Source of the DNA: an uncultured Gammaproteobacteria bacterium
GTDB lineage: Bacteria > Patescibacteriota > Microgenomatia > CAYQLK01
Length of the DNA stretch: 64,000 nucleotides
Reading direction: 5' to 3'
Assembly: GCA_964404855.1 (NCBI GenBank)
Contig: CAYOLO010000001.1
Location: forward strand, 158,245 to 222,244
The notes under the pieces were generated by a model. The model was not told the origin of the DNA. It saw only the letters and a program-made list of their open reading frames with translations, and made no database searches. The translations under genes were made by a program, and so were the position numbers. How positions within the stretch are numbered: the stretch's first letter is position 1; the number at the start of each line of letters is the position of its first letter. Positions 9,107-18,660 of this stretch are shown here, in pieces.

Positions 9107-10206
9107 GATTGTCCTCCGTTTCCTGATGGTGATTTTAGGGCATTTAGAGCCTTTAAGATATCTGGATCAATAGTATTACTGTTGGTTAAGTCGTCACTGC
9201 TGTTCGGTTGTGGTGCCATTGTTGTTGGTTGAGGTTGGGGTGTGTTAATTACCGATGGAATAGTGGGAATTTGTGAGGCTGGTTCTGGAATAGGAGAGGT
9301 TTGGGGGGTAACCACAGATGCCGCTGTTTGATTGAGAGGATTGGCAGCTATGGGGGGTGCTTGAACCGCAGGGTTAGGGGCGTAGATGGTTTGTTGTGGT
9401 CCAGCGGGTGGAGCAGGTTGAGGCTGTGGGGTATATAAGGGTTGGGTTTGGGCAGTTTGAGGCTCGACAGGCTGTGGTTCTGGTTGAACTGGAGAGGCAA
9501 TTGAGGTTGTTGCTTGGTTTTCTTCAACAATCGGAGCTGAGACTGCTGGCGAAACGATGGGTGATGTGTATGAGCCTGCTGATTCAATTATTTTTTGCAA
9601 TCCAACCTCACTAGGGTTGTAGATGTCAAAATAAAGCTCGATTAGTTCTTGTGTGGTCAATTGTTTTGATTTGATACCAATACGGCCGAATTGTTGAACA
9701 AGATGGTCACGTTTGGGGTAGAGACTTGTTTTGACCATGTCAATAAAACCTTGAGTGTGGGTATTGTCCTTTTGAATATTGCCAAGGGCGGCACCTTTGA
9801 CACCCAACTCGAGCGGATTAAATGGAATAACCACGTAGAATTTTTTTTCTAGAACGTTGTTTTGTTGAACAACGGTTTGAATAAATTGTCGATATTGAAA
9901 AATCTGCCTTTTGATGTCCGGGTTGGCTTGATGGGTTTCTGCTTGAGTGATTAATTGCAGGTAGTTACTGAGGTCAATTTTTTTACTACGAACAACGATT
10001 TGAATAGTGAAATTTAAGGAGTTGAGAAGTCCAGCGTACGAGTAAATAATTGAGTCCTGTTCGTCGACAGAGAGAAGTTCGAAATTAATAGCGGCAGTTT
10101 GAATAATAATCGTGGCCGAATTGTCTTTGAGGATTACAACATCATCACGGATATCGCTGATTTCTAGGTGTTCTTGAGTTGATGATTTAATCGGGGCAGA
10201 TTTCAT
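9103..10206 (-). CDS. Hypothetical T4SS-associated protein: N-terminal ~200-aa domain resembling a VirB4 N-terminal domain (no ATPase motifs) fused to a Pro/Gln-rich low-complexity tail
   Basis: N-terminus ISDIRDDVVILKDNSATIIIQTAAINFELLSVDEQDSIIYSYAGLLNSL resembles VirB4/TraC N-domain patterns (dG..a.lev.g.nf.l.s.eEq...f...LnsL). C-terminal ~130 aa is PQPEPQPVEPQ...-type low complexity. No Walker motifs. Confidence 0.4.
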   Translation of the reverse strand: MKSAPIKSSTQEHLEISDIRDDVVILKDNSATIIIQTAAINFELLSVDEQDSIIYSYAGLLNSLNFTIQIVVRSKKIDLSNYLQLITQAETHQANPDIKRQIFQYRQFIQTVVQQNNVLEKKFYVVIPFNPLELGVKGAALGNIQKDNTHTQGFIDMVKTSLYPKRDHLVQQFGRIGIKSKQLTTQELIELYFDIYNPSEVGLQKIIESAGSYTSPIVSPAVSAPIVEENQATTSIASPVQPEPQPVEPQTAQTQPLYTPQPQPAPPAGPQQTIYAPNPAVQAPPIAANPLNQTAASVVTPQTSPIPEPASQIPTIPSVINTPQPQPTTMAPQPNSSDDLTNSNTIDPDILKALNALKSPSGNGGQS

Positions 10207-10207
10207 C

Positions 10208-12241
10208 TTAATTTTGTAAGTTTTTAGCAGTTATTGCGAAAGGATCAAGAAGCTGACCTTTGGCTTCGAAGGCAATTGTATCAAAGTTTAAGCCGTCAAA
10301 ATCGGTTTGAATTGTGTATTTTCCGTTAGCTAAGGGAGTAACAGATATAAATTGCCCAAGACCGTTGGTTTTAAAAGCACGAACTGGCTTGCCAGAAGTA
10401 TCAAATACGGAAATTAGTGCACCTTGAACTAGTTCTCCATTACTGTTGTAAACAATGCCATTGGGTGTGTTGGGGTGTTCAGATAGGTTGATTTTTATTT
10501 CTGCTTTTGGAGCTGCTTTGGCCTGAGTGGATTGATAATTAAATGGCTGCACGACACCGCCGTGTTTTTGGTCGCGATTTTCATTTGGTTCAGCTTTGGT
10601 TGGTTGAGCTGTTTGGTGACTATCACTAGTGGTAGGTTTGTTGAGGTTAGGACTAGGTGGAGGGGCAAAGTCCTTAGAATCTTTTTCGGAAATTTTTCCA
10701 GCTTTAATTGGTTCAAAATCTTTAACTTTTTTGATTTCCTCTATGGCAATTCCACCAGCAATACTACCCATTTGGATGGGTTTTTGTGGCTGTGGTTCGG
10801 GGTTTTCGAAGCGTTTTTTGAGTTCTTTGCTGATATCAAATTGTCTTTCGCCCAAGATTGGCAACCTACCCTTGGAGAAGTCGGGTGGGCGGGTTTTGAG
10901 TTTGCGAATACGAGTATCGCCTATTCCCTGCATGAATTGGATTTGATTACCAGGGATGGCGATAACATTGCCTCCAAAATTAATATCGGAGGCAATTTGT
11001 GCAGCAATTGAAGTTTGGCTGTTTACGGTTGAAAAATTACTGGATGGTAGAGGTGAGACGACTGTTTTTTTGCCAACATTGGGAAGTAAATGTTTTTGGA
11101 ACATGTCGGGGGTTGAGGTGTTAAACCCGCCATTTTCTGCAAGACTTTTGTTTTTCTTAAAATCTTCCCATGCTGTAGAGAATTTTTCCTGCTCCTTTTG
11201 AATACTGGCTTGTTGGCGGAGAATTTCTTGTTCCTTGGCTTTTATTTCTGCCTCAATTTGTTGTTGAGAGCGTAATATTTCGTCTAGTTCAGCAAGTTTT
11301 TGTTTGGACTCTTCAGTTGGGGCTGTAGGTTGATTCTGGGGAGTTTTCAGGTTGACTGAGGCCTCTGGTGTTAGTGGTAGGACCTTAATTTCACGATTAG
11401 GGTTAAGGTTTGCGGGGGTAGAATAAGCATCTGGGCCTTTGTTAATTAATGAAACTTCTGGAGTTTGGCTTTGTGGGTTGGTTAGTTTTTGACTAAGCAG
11501 GTTGAGCTTCTTTTGTTTTTCTTCCTCGAGTTTTATTTTAGAAGTTTCTAAGGCTTTTTGTTTTTCGATTAAAGCTAATTCTTGAGCTTTGATTTCTTCC
11601 TCTTTAGCTTTAAGTTCGGCTGGTTTGGGAGCAGCCTGAGTGGTTGTTCTGATGTTTTGGATTGGTTGTTGATACGGAGAGAAAGGATTTTGATTAATGC
11701 CTTGGTTTTGGGGAGGAGGGGCGTTGGTGGCCTTGACTGTTGATTCGAGGCTAGCGATTTGAGCTAAGAATTGACTTTCTTTTTGGTCAAAAGGGTTAAC
11801 TATTGATGAATGTGACTGTCTGGCAAGCAGTGTTTGAAGTTCTGATCTGCTGATTCTAGCTGGCATTACTGAGGAAGAAACCTGCTGAATGGGGGCAGAT
11901 TTGAGGAAATTAGCTTCTAGAAAATAAGGTACGTGGTTATCCTTGATCCAAATTCTTTGGGTGGGTCTAGTGATAGAGCGGAAAAAAGCAACAATCCACT
12001 TGTCTAATGGTCTTCCCTGTAAAGGAACTGCAGCAAAAACAATTCCAAGTAAAACAAATAGTCCTCCGACAATATATGAAAATGTTTTGGGAAGAGGGGA
12101 AAAATAAAAAACGGCGCCAATTATTCCACCTATTGCGACATAGATAAACTGGCGGATTGTAAATGGTCCGAAGAGTTTGAACTCAAACGTGGTAATGTTT
12201 TGCGGTACTGCATGCTCTTCCATAGCTATTTTGCCTGCCAA
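10208..12241 (-). CDS. PrgI/VirB3-like membrane protein fused to long coiled-coil and C-terminal beta-sandwich (carboxypeptidase-regulatory/Big-like) domain
   Basis: N-terminus AVPQNITTFEFKLFGPFTIRQFIYVAIGGIIGAVFYFSPLP... matches the PrgI-family signature (vPkdL..fk.k.ffgLT.RQ + two TM helices). A coiled coil follows (AELKAKEEEIKAQELALIEKQKALETSKIKLEEEKQKK). C-terminus GIVYNSNGELVQGALISVFDTSGKPVRAFKTNGLGQFISVTPLANGKYTIQTDFDGLNFD looks like a CarboxypepD_reg-type fold. First gene of the minus-strand operon. Confidence 0.5.
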   Translation of the reverse strand: MAGKIAMEEHAVPQNITTFEFKLFGPFTIRQFIYVAIGGIIGAVFYFSPLPKTFSYIVGGLFVLLGIVFAAVPLQGRPLDKWIVAFFRSITRPTQRIWIKDNHVPYFLEANFLKSAPIQQVSSSVMPARISRSELQTLLARQSHSSIVNPFDQKESQFLAQIASLESTVKATNAPPPQNQGINQNPFSPYQQPIQNIRTTTQAAPKPAELKAKEEEIKAQELALIEKQKALETSKIKLEEEKQKKLNLLSQKLTNPQSQTPEVSLINKGPDAYSTPANLNPNREIKVLPLTPEASVNLKTPQNQPTAPTEESKQKLAELDEILRSQQQIEAEIKAKEQEILRQQASIQKEQEKFSTAWEDFKKNKSLAENGGFNTSTPDMFQKHLLPNVGKKTVVSPLPSSNFSTVNSQTSIAAQIASDINFGGNVIAIPGNQIQFMQGIGDTRIRKLKTRPPDFSKGRLPILGERQFDISKELKKRFENPEPQPQKPIQMGSIAGGIAIEEIKKVKDFEPIKAGKISEKDSKDFAPPPSPNLNKPTTSDSHQTAQPTKAEPNENRDQKHGGVVQPFNYQSTQAKAAPKAEIKINLSEHPNTPNGIVYNSNGELVQGALISVFDTSGKPVRAFKTNGLGQFISVTPLANGKYTIQTDFDGLNFDTIAFEAKGQLLDPFAITAKNLQN

Positions 12242-12471
12242 AATGGGAAAATTAACTATAAAAAAGGCAGGAACTCTTATTGATTTTGGATTGTAGCAGA
12301 AAAAAATATAGGTTGCAGTGAAAAAAGTTGCGTGAAATTTTTGAAGCTAAATTCTAAATAATATTGTCGGCTAAATATTGTGATGTTAATTAGTTAATTA
12401 CAAAATCTAATTAAATAACTATGGGACTGTTTATTAAGGCTAAAAATGATATAATGGGGTATAGTTAAATT
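12242..12471. promoter_or_regulatory. AT-rich divergent promoter region between the T4SS-like operon (minus) and the 12472 gene (plus)
   Basis: 230-bp AT-rich intergenic region. gatataatgg (TATAAT) sits ~18 nt upstream of the ATG at 12472. Several TTGAxx-like -35 candidates on both strands. Confidence 0.4.
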
Positions 12472-14742
12472 ATGCCAGATAACGAGAAACACATTATTAG
12501 TTTAGAAGAGCAGGCAAGGGTTGAGGATCAGCCTTTGGCGAGCACTCAGGCTGAGGCACAACTATTTAGTGCTATTGATAGGGCTATGGGGGTTGAGAGT
12601 CAGACTAGGGATGAGCAGGTAACTCAGGAAGCGGATGAAAGTCATCGAACACAAATTGAATATATACGAGAATTAAACTCAATTGAGCTTGAGTTGAGAA
12701 ATGCTGATCCTTCAGTTAGAAGTATGCTTGAGGCGAGACGGGATGAATTAAAGGCCGAGCTTGAGTCGATGGTAGCTACTGAAAAAGAAAAAGAGCGTTA
12801 TCTTGATGCGGGCTTAAGGTTGTTTACAAGGTTGCAGACGCAAAAGGATGCGGTGCTGGCTAACTTGAAGGCTTTTAGAGGTTTGACTCCAAATAGAAAC
12901 GAGCTGATGAATCCATTGAATGCGTTTGTTGATAAGGTTGAGAGCTTAAGAAAAGAAGGAGATCCAAACACACCAGAGCGTAGAGAGGGCGAACTTAAAG
13001 CGGCTGCTTTGGAATTTGAACTTAGGAAAGCCAGGGAAGAAGTTTTGGCTGCGATTGAAAACTATAACCCCGTCGAATCACTTAAGTTAAATGCTTTAAC
13101 TGAGCTTGAGTTGGCTGAAGATCAGAGAGTGGCAAGGGATAATCCACAAATAAGAGAATTGTTAAAAATTTTAAATGACCCAGAATTAAGCGGAAAGTTT
13201 GGCAAACAAGTTGAAGCCTTTAGGGATGAATATAATGCCTTGGTAAGGATTCATAATTTTGCGGTAGCTGGTAAGGGTAAGGGGGCAGTTGAAATAACGG
13301 CCGCTTTGGGCGAGCTTGATCAGGCCGCATTAGTTGAGTTGTTTGAAGCTGAAGGCTTAAGGCAGGATATTATTGATGCTTATATTGCCGATAGGAGAGT
13401 TTTTGATGAGTTGAACACAGCGGTATTGGATCAAAAAGAAGCTGAAGCTTTATTAGAAGAGAGAACAGTATTGGGCAACAATAAGCGTACTTTTAAAAGA
13501 GCTGAAGTTCCAGATCCTAGGGATCCAACTAAAATGATTGATTTAGAAACTCTTTATCGTACGACTAGTGACGAGGATCAAAAAAAGGCGTTAATAGCAG
13601 CTAATCAGCCTTTACTGACCGAGGGTTATAAACAAAAGAAGGCATGGGAAGCTAAATATGTTGATAGTGTTTTGAGAGATGAATTTTTTTCTCCTTCAGC
13701 GCTTGCGAATTTTAGGTCGAGCGAACGCGTACCAGCTTCAGTTACAGTTTCTGAGCTTCAAAAACTAATTGAAGCAAGTTATGCATATAAGTCAAGGAAG
13801 ATTGTTTTGGGGCAAGAAATGGATAATATGATTGGTTTCCTTGAGACTACAATTGCGCCCATGGTTGTTGAGCCTATTAGGGTAATTCCAACTGAACCAC
13901 TAAAAAATGGTGACACAACTGGATATATCTTTGCGGGCAAATATAAGGATAATATTTTGGTTAAAACTAGATACCCACAAGATGTGTTGGAGGCTGGAGG
14001 AAAGATAAATGGGAAAGTTTTGAATATAACAGGCCCAATCTTTGATAAGGGATTCTATAAATATGGGGATCCTGGGTTTAAGCTAATGACGGAAACCTTT
14101 GGTATGGAAAAACCGACTGATCCGGAAAAAGCTACAGATGTGACTGATTGGTTAGAAAGATTTAAGACTGTCGATGCGCTGAGTCAAATTCGTAATAATC
14201 CAGAAGTGGTGAATAAACTTAAAGATGATGTTTATAAGGATGCGGCAGCAGCTCAAGCGAACGAAATGTACGATAAGTTTGAGGCTTTTCAGAGGGAACC
14301 GAATGAAGAATCAGCAAAAGCTTTGATGGCAAGTTATTTTTCTAAAACGCCTGAAGATAGGCGTAATTTCAACATGCAGGTAATTGAGGCACTACTTAGA
14401 TATAAGATGAAAATTAATGGGATTTATGCCTTTAGTGACAATAATGAGAGACAGAATTGGGGAGCAAGAAGAATTGAAGATTATATTGGCAAAGCTAGAG
14501 AAGCTGGGTTAATTGGCACGAGAGAAGAGAGGGAATTAAAAAGAAGAGTTTTTAAGGGTAAAGAAATTAAATTGGGCCGTGTCAAAATTGCCACAATTCC
14601 AGCACTTGGAAAAAAAGCAGAGATGGTTGGTGCTTGGACTAAAGAAGTTTTTGGCCCTAAGAACTTAAAAAATACGGCTTTTAGCTGGGCTAAGACTTTG
14701 TATAAAGAGAGCGTTGACCAGATTAGGTCTGATTTGAAATAG
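12472..14742 (+). CDS. Large soluble, highly charged coiled-coil protein (hypothetical; candidate T4SS substrate/accessory)
   Basis: 756 aa with no TM segment and no nucleotide-binding motif. N-terminal two-thirds rich in heptad-like E/K/R/L repeats. Transcribed divergently from the T4SS-like operon. Confidence 0.55.
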   Translation: MPDNEKHIISLEEQARVEDQPLASTQAEAQLFSAIDRAMGVESQTRDEQVTQEADESHRTQIEYIRELNSIELELRNADPSVRSMLEARRDELKAELESMVATEKEKERYLDAGLRLFTRLQTQKDAVLANLKAFRGLTPNRNELMNPLNAFVDKVESLRKEGDPNTPERREGELKAAALEFELRKAREEVLAAIENYNPVESLKLNALTELELAEDQRVARDNPQIRELLKILNDPELSGKFGKQVEAFRDEYNALVRIHNFAVAGKGKGAVEITAALGELDQAALVELFEAEGLRQDIIDAYIADRRVFDELNTAVLDQKEAEALLEERTVLGNNKRTFKRAEVPDPRDPTKMIDLETLYRTTSDEDQKKALIAANQPLLTEGYKQKKAWEAKYVDSVLRDEFFSPSALANFRSSERVPASVTVSELQKLIEASYAYKSRKIVLGQEMDNMIGFLETTIAPMVVEPIRVIPTEPLKNGDTTGYIFAGKYKDNILVKTRYPQDVLEAGGKINGKVLNITGPIFDKGFYKYGDPGFKLMTETFGMEKPTDPEKATDVTDWLERFKTVDALSQIRNNPEVVNKLKDDVYKDAAAAQANEMYDKFEAFQREPNEESAKALMASYFSKTPEDRRNFNMQVIEALLRYKMKINGIYAFSDNNERQNWGARRIEDYIGKAREAGLIGTREERELKRRVFKGKEIKLGRVKIATIPALGKKAEMVGAWTKEVFGPKNLKNTAFSWAKTLYKESVDQIRSDLK

Positions 14743-14757
14743 TTTTCCGATTAAAAT

Positions 14758-16467
14758 TTACGGTCTTCTGCGACTGAATGGGTTAGCTGATCTTTGGGCT
14801 TGTGTTGAAGCTTGTTGAGGTGTGGTTGACGGACCAGCAGGTCCAGGTCTGCCTGGTGTAATTGGTGAAGATGCACCTGGGGTACTTGAAAGCCTATCAT
14901 ATCTTCTTTGTGAACTCCAAGGATTAAATGTGTTACTTAGTTTTTCGCCAGCAAAATCACTAGTTCTAGCTTTGGCTCTGGTGGCTGCACCATTAAATGG
15001 TTGTCTAGCCATACCTAATCCTGCGCCTGCAACAGCGCCAGCCGCACCACCAATTGTTCCACCAATTCCGCCACCTTTGACTTTGAATGAATCCTGAGCG
15101 ATTTTGGCTGCGGATGGTACGCCTAATAGAATGCCAATACCAATTAAAGACTTAAGAGCGTTAGCACCTTCTTCATTAGTAAACCCACCGAGAAGCGGAG
15201 CATTCCACCCCTCACCTTCAGTAATCGTAGCTTCACCAGAGGTAATCCTGTCTTTGCCCACACCCATAAAATAGGCAGCAAAGATAATCATAAGTATGGT
15301 GATTACAAAAGTGGCAAGTTGGGCGGCAATATTTCGAATCCAAGGACCAAAGCCCGGCATGCCTGGAATAACGCCGATTCCAATCATAAGGGGACCAAAA
15401 ATTGTGTAAAAGAATACTTTGACGTAGGCCATAAGTAGCATAAAAAATATGCGGAATGTGGCTACAAGCATCATAATTCCAATCACGGCAACGGCTAGAG
15501 CAGAAAGGATACTTGAGCTGAATTTTTCGATCAAGTCAGGCAAGCCAAAGTTATCGATTGCACCAGCTATAATATCGTCGCTGCTGTGGAATATGCCTGA
15601 AATATTTTCAAGGAATAATTCTTTAAGCATAAATGTGAAAACGTTGTTTTCGTAATAGATTCCATTGGAATTAGGTTGGGCTACGCTTTCGCTCGAGAGA
15701 ATTTGAATCATAACGGCGATAAAAAAGTTCATTAGATCAATCATTAGTCCGACGATTGCATAGGAGAAGGTAACGAGGATTAAACTAATTACTATTTTTG
15801 GTAATACCGCTTGGACTGAAGCAACAGAGCTTGAACTTAGTCTCTGGCGGAAAATAATCATAAAACCAATGACAATAAAAAAGATGACATAGAGAAGAAG
15901 TGTGAGGTTGCGGAAGGTGGTCCATAAGGCTTGGGTTGGTTTGAGCGCGTCGTAGCCTGTTTGAGCAGCTAAAGTTTCGCCGGTAATTTTTGATTTAAGA
16001 TCGGCAAGATATTGCACACCCGAAGCCGGTTCTTCAGTGTAAAGCATAGCGATGCTTTTCATTAAAAATGGCACTGCGGCTCCGGTTCGACAATTGGTTC
16101 CACCACCACTTATACATTCGAGTTCTGCTTCGGTTGATGGAAGGCCAGTTATTTGGCGGTTGATACCAAAAGCCAGATTGTCCATAAGGCCTAGGTTGAA
16201 TTTTTGAAGATTCACGTCGTCTTCGTCGAGAGCGTTTTTGTACTGACAAATTGATTGTTGATATGGTTGGACAGTATCGCCTATACCAGGATGGGGATTA
16301 GAAATACCAACAGGACTGCCAGCTGGAGGAGGGGGAGAGCCAGCGGCTTCTTCCTCACACCCAAACGGATCTTCGGCTTGAGCAAGAACAGGCGACGAAT
16401 TAAAGCTAAAAAAAATTGAGAAAAGGCTGAATATTATAAAAATTGGCAGAACGATCTTAAGACGCAT
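14758..16467 (-). CDS. VirB6/TrbL-like polytopic inner-membrane T4SS channel protein
   Basis: 569 aa. Signal peptide (MRLKIVLPIFIIFSLFSIFFSFNSSPVLAQA), ~130-aa Cys-containing extracytoplasmic domain, at least 6 TM helices, then a Gly/Pro-rich C-terminal tail (GGGIGGTIGGAAGAVAGAG...PGRPGPAGPSTTPQQ). This is the architecture typical of TrbL/VirB6. Confidence 0.6.
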   Translation of the reverse strand: MRLKIVLPIFIIFSLFSIFFSFNSSPVLAQAEDPFGCEEEAAGSPPPPAGSPVGISNPHPGIGDTVQPYQQSICQYKNALDEDDVNLQKFNLGLMDNLAFGINRQITGLPSTEAELECISGGGTNCRTGAAVPFLMKSIAMLYTEEPASGVQYLADLKSKITGETLAAQTGYDALKPTQALWTTFRNLTLLLYVIFFIVIGFMIIFRQRLSSSSVASVQAVLPKIVISLILVTFSYAIVGLMIDLMNFFIAVMIQILSSESVAQPNSNGIYYENNVFTFMLKELFLENISGIFHSSDDIIAGAIDNFGLPDLIEKFSSSILSALAVAVIGIMMLVATFRIFFMLLMAYVKVFFYTIFGPLMIGIGVIPGMPGFGPWIRNIAAQLATFVITILMIIFAAYFMGVGKDRITSGEATITEGEGWNAPLLGGFTNEEGANALKSLIGIGILLGVPSAAKIAQDSFKVKGGGIGGTIGGAAGAVAGAGLGMARQPFNGAATRAKARTSDFAGEKLSNTFNPWSSQRRYDRLSSTPGASSPITPGRPGPAGPSTTPQQASTQAQRSANPFSRRRP

Positions 16468-16519
16468 TGGTAGGCAAGTTATAGCTTATTTTAATCTTAG
16501 TTTAGGTATATTTGCAAAG

Positions 16520-17737
16520 TTATTCTTTTCTGACTTCGATATCTTTTGGGGTAATAGTGCGTAATATTATTTCTTTGGCGGTTTGAACGCTACCTAGGTA
16601 GCCTGCCCAAACTTGATTGGACTGACCAAAACCTTTAAGTCTGGTCGACGCGGTGTCAGAAAATTCTCCTGTATTGTTTTTATTCCAAAAATCACCTGGG
16701 CCAAATAATCGTAAACTGCCGGATTTTTTGCGTGCTAGTGATTTCCATACCGAGTCAACATAGGGAATTCGAGAAGAGAGGAGTGAGCCGTTTTTGGTGT
16801 ACTGGACGGAGTCGGCTGCTGTTCCAGAGGCGTTGTAGAGAATAATATATTCTTCGCCTGGACCTTCTCTGCCTTCTGGTTTGGCTGGTTCGGGATTAAA
16901 ATCTATTGATTCTTTGATCGTATCTTGCTGAAGGGTAACTTGCTGAAGTATTTGAGATAATGCGGCAAGGCGGGCGACTGAAGGAACACCTAGTAATAAA
17001 TCACGGCCAGGAACACATGTTTCTGATTCATCTTCACTGTCTGATGTGGAGGAGATACAGCCTCTGGATGTCCAGTTTGTAACTAGAGGAAATTTAGCCC
17101 AATATCTTCCCCAGGTTTCTGACCAGACTTTGGCTGATACACCACCTTGAAGTCCGGGTGGAAGAGGTTTGCCCCAAGCGTCGTAAAGGTCCTTTACTGT
17201 ACGGTAGTGCTGTCCGCAGTAGTCACCATATTCGGCAGCAGCCTCTTCGAGTTTAGTGGTGCCTGATTTGGATAATTGATAGACGGTTTCAATATATGTC
17301 TGGCGAAGTTTGTCGATATTATTTTTGGGCAAGATTTTGATTAAGGGACCATTAAAGTTGTTAAGTTCGTTGTTGTTAAGTTTGGAGATGTCTGTTTTGC
17401 GGTGAGAGTCAGTTTGGAATTTGCCCTCCAGATAATTAGCCATTGATCTGACAAAGGGCAGAACGGGTTTATTAACCACTGCAGAAACTCCTGAAGCATT
17501 GACAATTGCTCTAGATGGCTGATATTCACTCTCGGTTTTGCCCTCTAGTTCATTCCATGTTGGCGGGGTGTAAGTTGGATTGGTCCCGTTTGGTGGTTCT
17601 GGTTGATCACAGATTTTAGGCAGAGTGTATTGAGCAAATGAGTACGGTGAAAAAAAAGAAACGATTAGTGTAAATATGAGAAAAAAAGAAAGTCCAAGTG
17701 CTGGTTTTTGGACTAGGGCAAGTTTTTTCATTAACAA
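16520..17737 (-). CDS. Secreted protein (signal peptide), hypothetical; possible VirB5-like minor pilin/adhesin by position
   Basis: 405 aa with cleavable signal peptide ...FSPYSFAQ and several Cys. Lies between the VirB6-like gene and the pilin array. No recognisable catalytic motif. Confidence 0.5.
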   Translation of the reverse strand: MLMKKLALVQKPALGLSFFLIFTLIVSFFSPYSFAQYTLPKICDQPEPPNGTNPTYTPPTWNELEGKTESEYQPSRAIVNASGVSAVVNKPVLPFVRSMANYLEGKFQTDSHRKTDISKLNNNELNNFNGPLIKILPKNNIDKLRQTYIETVYQLSKSGTTKLEEAAAEYGDYCGQHYRTVKDLYDAWGKPLPPGLQGGVSAKVWSETWGRYWAKFPLVTNWTSRGCISSTSDSEDESETCVPGRDLLLGVPSVARLAALSQILQQVTLQQDTIKESIDFNPEPAKPEGREGPGEEYIILYNASGTAADSVQYTKNGSLLSSRIPYVDSVWKSLARKKSGSLRLFGPGDFWNKNNTGEFSDTASTRLKGFGQSNQVWAGYLGSVQTAKEIILRTITPKDIEVRKE

Positions 17738-17745
17738 AACTTAGC

Positions 17746-18150
17746 TTAACACTGTGTATTTTCCGGTGTGTAGTCGAGTAGATTGATTCCCGTAACGAGT
17801 TCTAGGGATTTAAAGATAGCGTAAATAAGTAACAACACAACTACTCCGATTAGGGCGGTCATTATTGCACTCCTAGCTGAGGCTGCGCCTTGCGGATTGC
17901 CGAAGGAAAATATGTATTTGTAGCCTGCGTAGATAAGCATGACAAAAAACCCAATTCCAGCTGCGGGGGCGATAATTTTTATGGCTTTGGCGATAATATC
18001 AATTAGGTCGCAAAGCTGAGAAGGTTCTTCGCTTCCTCCACCAATTGGACCTGGACCGCCTCCAGCGGCCGCAAACACTCCCTGATTAAGGGCTAAAAAT
18101 AAAATTGAATAAAATAAAGAAATTGCGAGAGATTTTTTGTTCATTGTCAC
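17746..18150 (-). CDS. VirB2/TrbC-like pilin paralog 6
   Basis: 134 aa. Signal peptide, then two hydrophobic helices separated by the motif ...SFGNPQGAASARSAIMTALIGVVVLLL shared with the five upstream paralogs. Confidence 0.6.
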   Translation of the reverse strand: MTMNKKSLAISLFYSILFLALNQGVFAAAGGGPGPIGGGSEEPSQLCDLIDIIAKAIKIIAPAAGIGFFVMLIYAGYKYIFSFGNPQGAASARSAIMTALIGVVVLLLIYAIFKSLELVTGINLLDYTPENTQC

Positions 18151-18259
18151 TAGTTAATTAAATAATACCAGTTAATCAAATTGTAAATCCAAACAATATC
18201 GACCTGGAAAGTATTTAGTACTCCAGGTCGATATTGGAAGAAACTTTTTCCTAATCTTT

Positions 18260-18634
18260 TTACAGAGTTGGAATAGTGAAGTTGTCTCCAGTAATAATGC
18301 TGACTCCAAGAATGGTTTGGACAAGCATAATTAAGGCTAAGGCCAAAACTACAACCACCAACCCAACGAGTGCGTGAATTACTTGATTTCTGGCGGCTGC
18401 AACTTTTCCTGGGTCACCACTGGAAAGAATCCATTTGATACCACCAATTAATAGCCAGATAAAAGCAATAAGGAATGCAGCAAAAATAATCATTTGAATC
18501 ACAAAGCTGAGGATTGCTCCTGGTTCAGCTACGTTGACATTGTATGGATTAAGCTGAATTTCGTCTGCAAACGCTGCTGTAGAACTAGCAATAGTCCCGA
18601 CAACTGAGGATGATACGGCAATTAACTTTTTTAT
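18260..18634 (-). CDS. VirB2/TrbC-like pilin paralog 5 (N-terminus extended beyond the annotated ATG; non-canonical start)
   Basis: Track ORF 18260–18502 starts MIQMIIFAAF. The same frame stays open upstream to a TGA at 18641–18643 and encodes a textbook signal peptide IKKLIAVSSSVVGTIASSTAAFA|DE. A strong SD AAGGGGGTGA (revcomp of 18641–18650) lies 6 nt upstream of an ATA codon at 18632–18634. No ATG/GTG/TTG is available before the signal peptide. Confidence 0.5.
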   Translation of the reverse strand: MKKLIAVSSSVVGTIASSTAAFADEIQLNPYNVNVAEPGAILSFVIQMIIFAAFLIAFIWLLIGGIKWILSSGDPGKVAAARNQVIHALVGLVVVVLALALIMLVQTILGVSIITGDNFTIPTL

Positions 18635-18660
18635 AACGACTCACCCCCTTTCAAGGTTTT

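Noticed and set aside
18503-18631. Treating pilin paralog 5 as starting at ATG 18502 with a 158-nt untranslated spacer
   Set aside because: The spacer is an uninterrupted in-frame signal peptide with a strong SD just upstream, so the longer protein is more plausible despite the missing canonical start.
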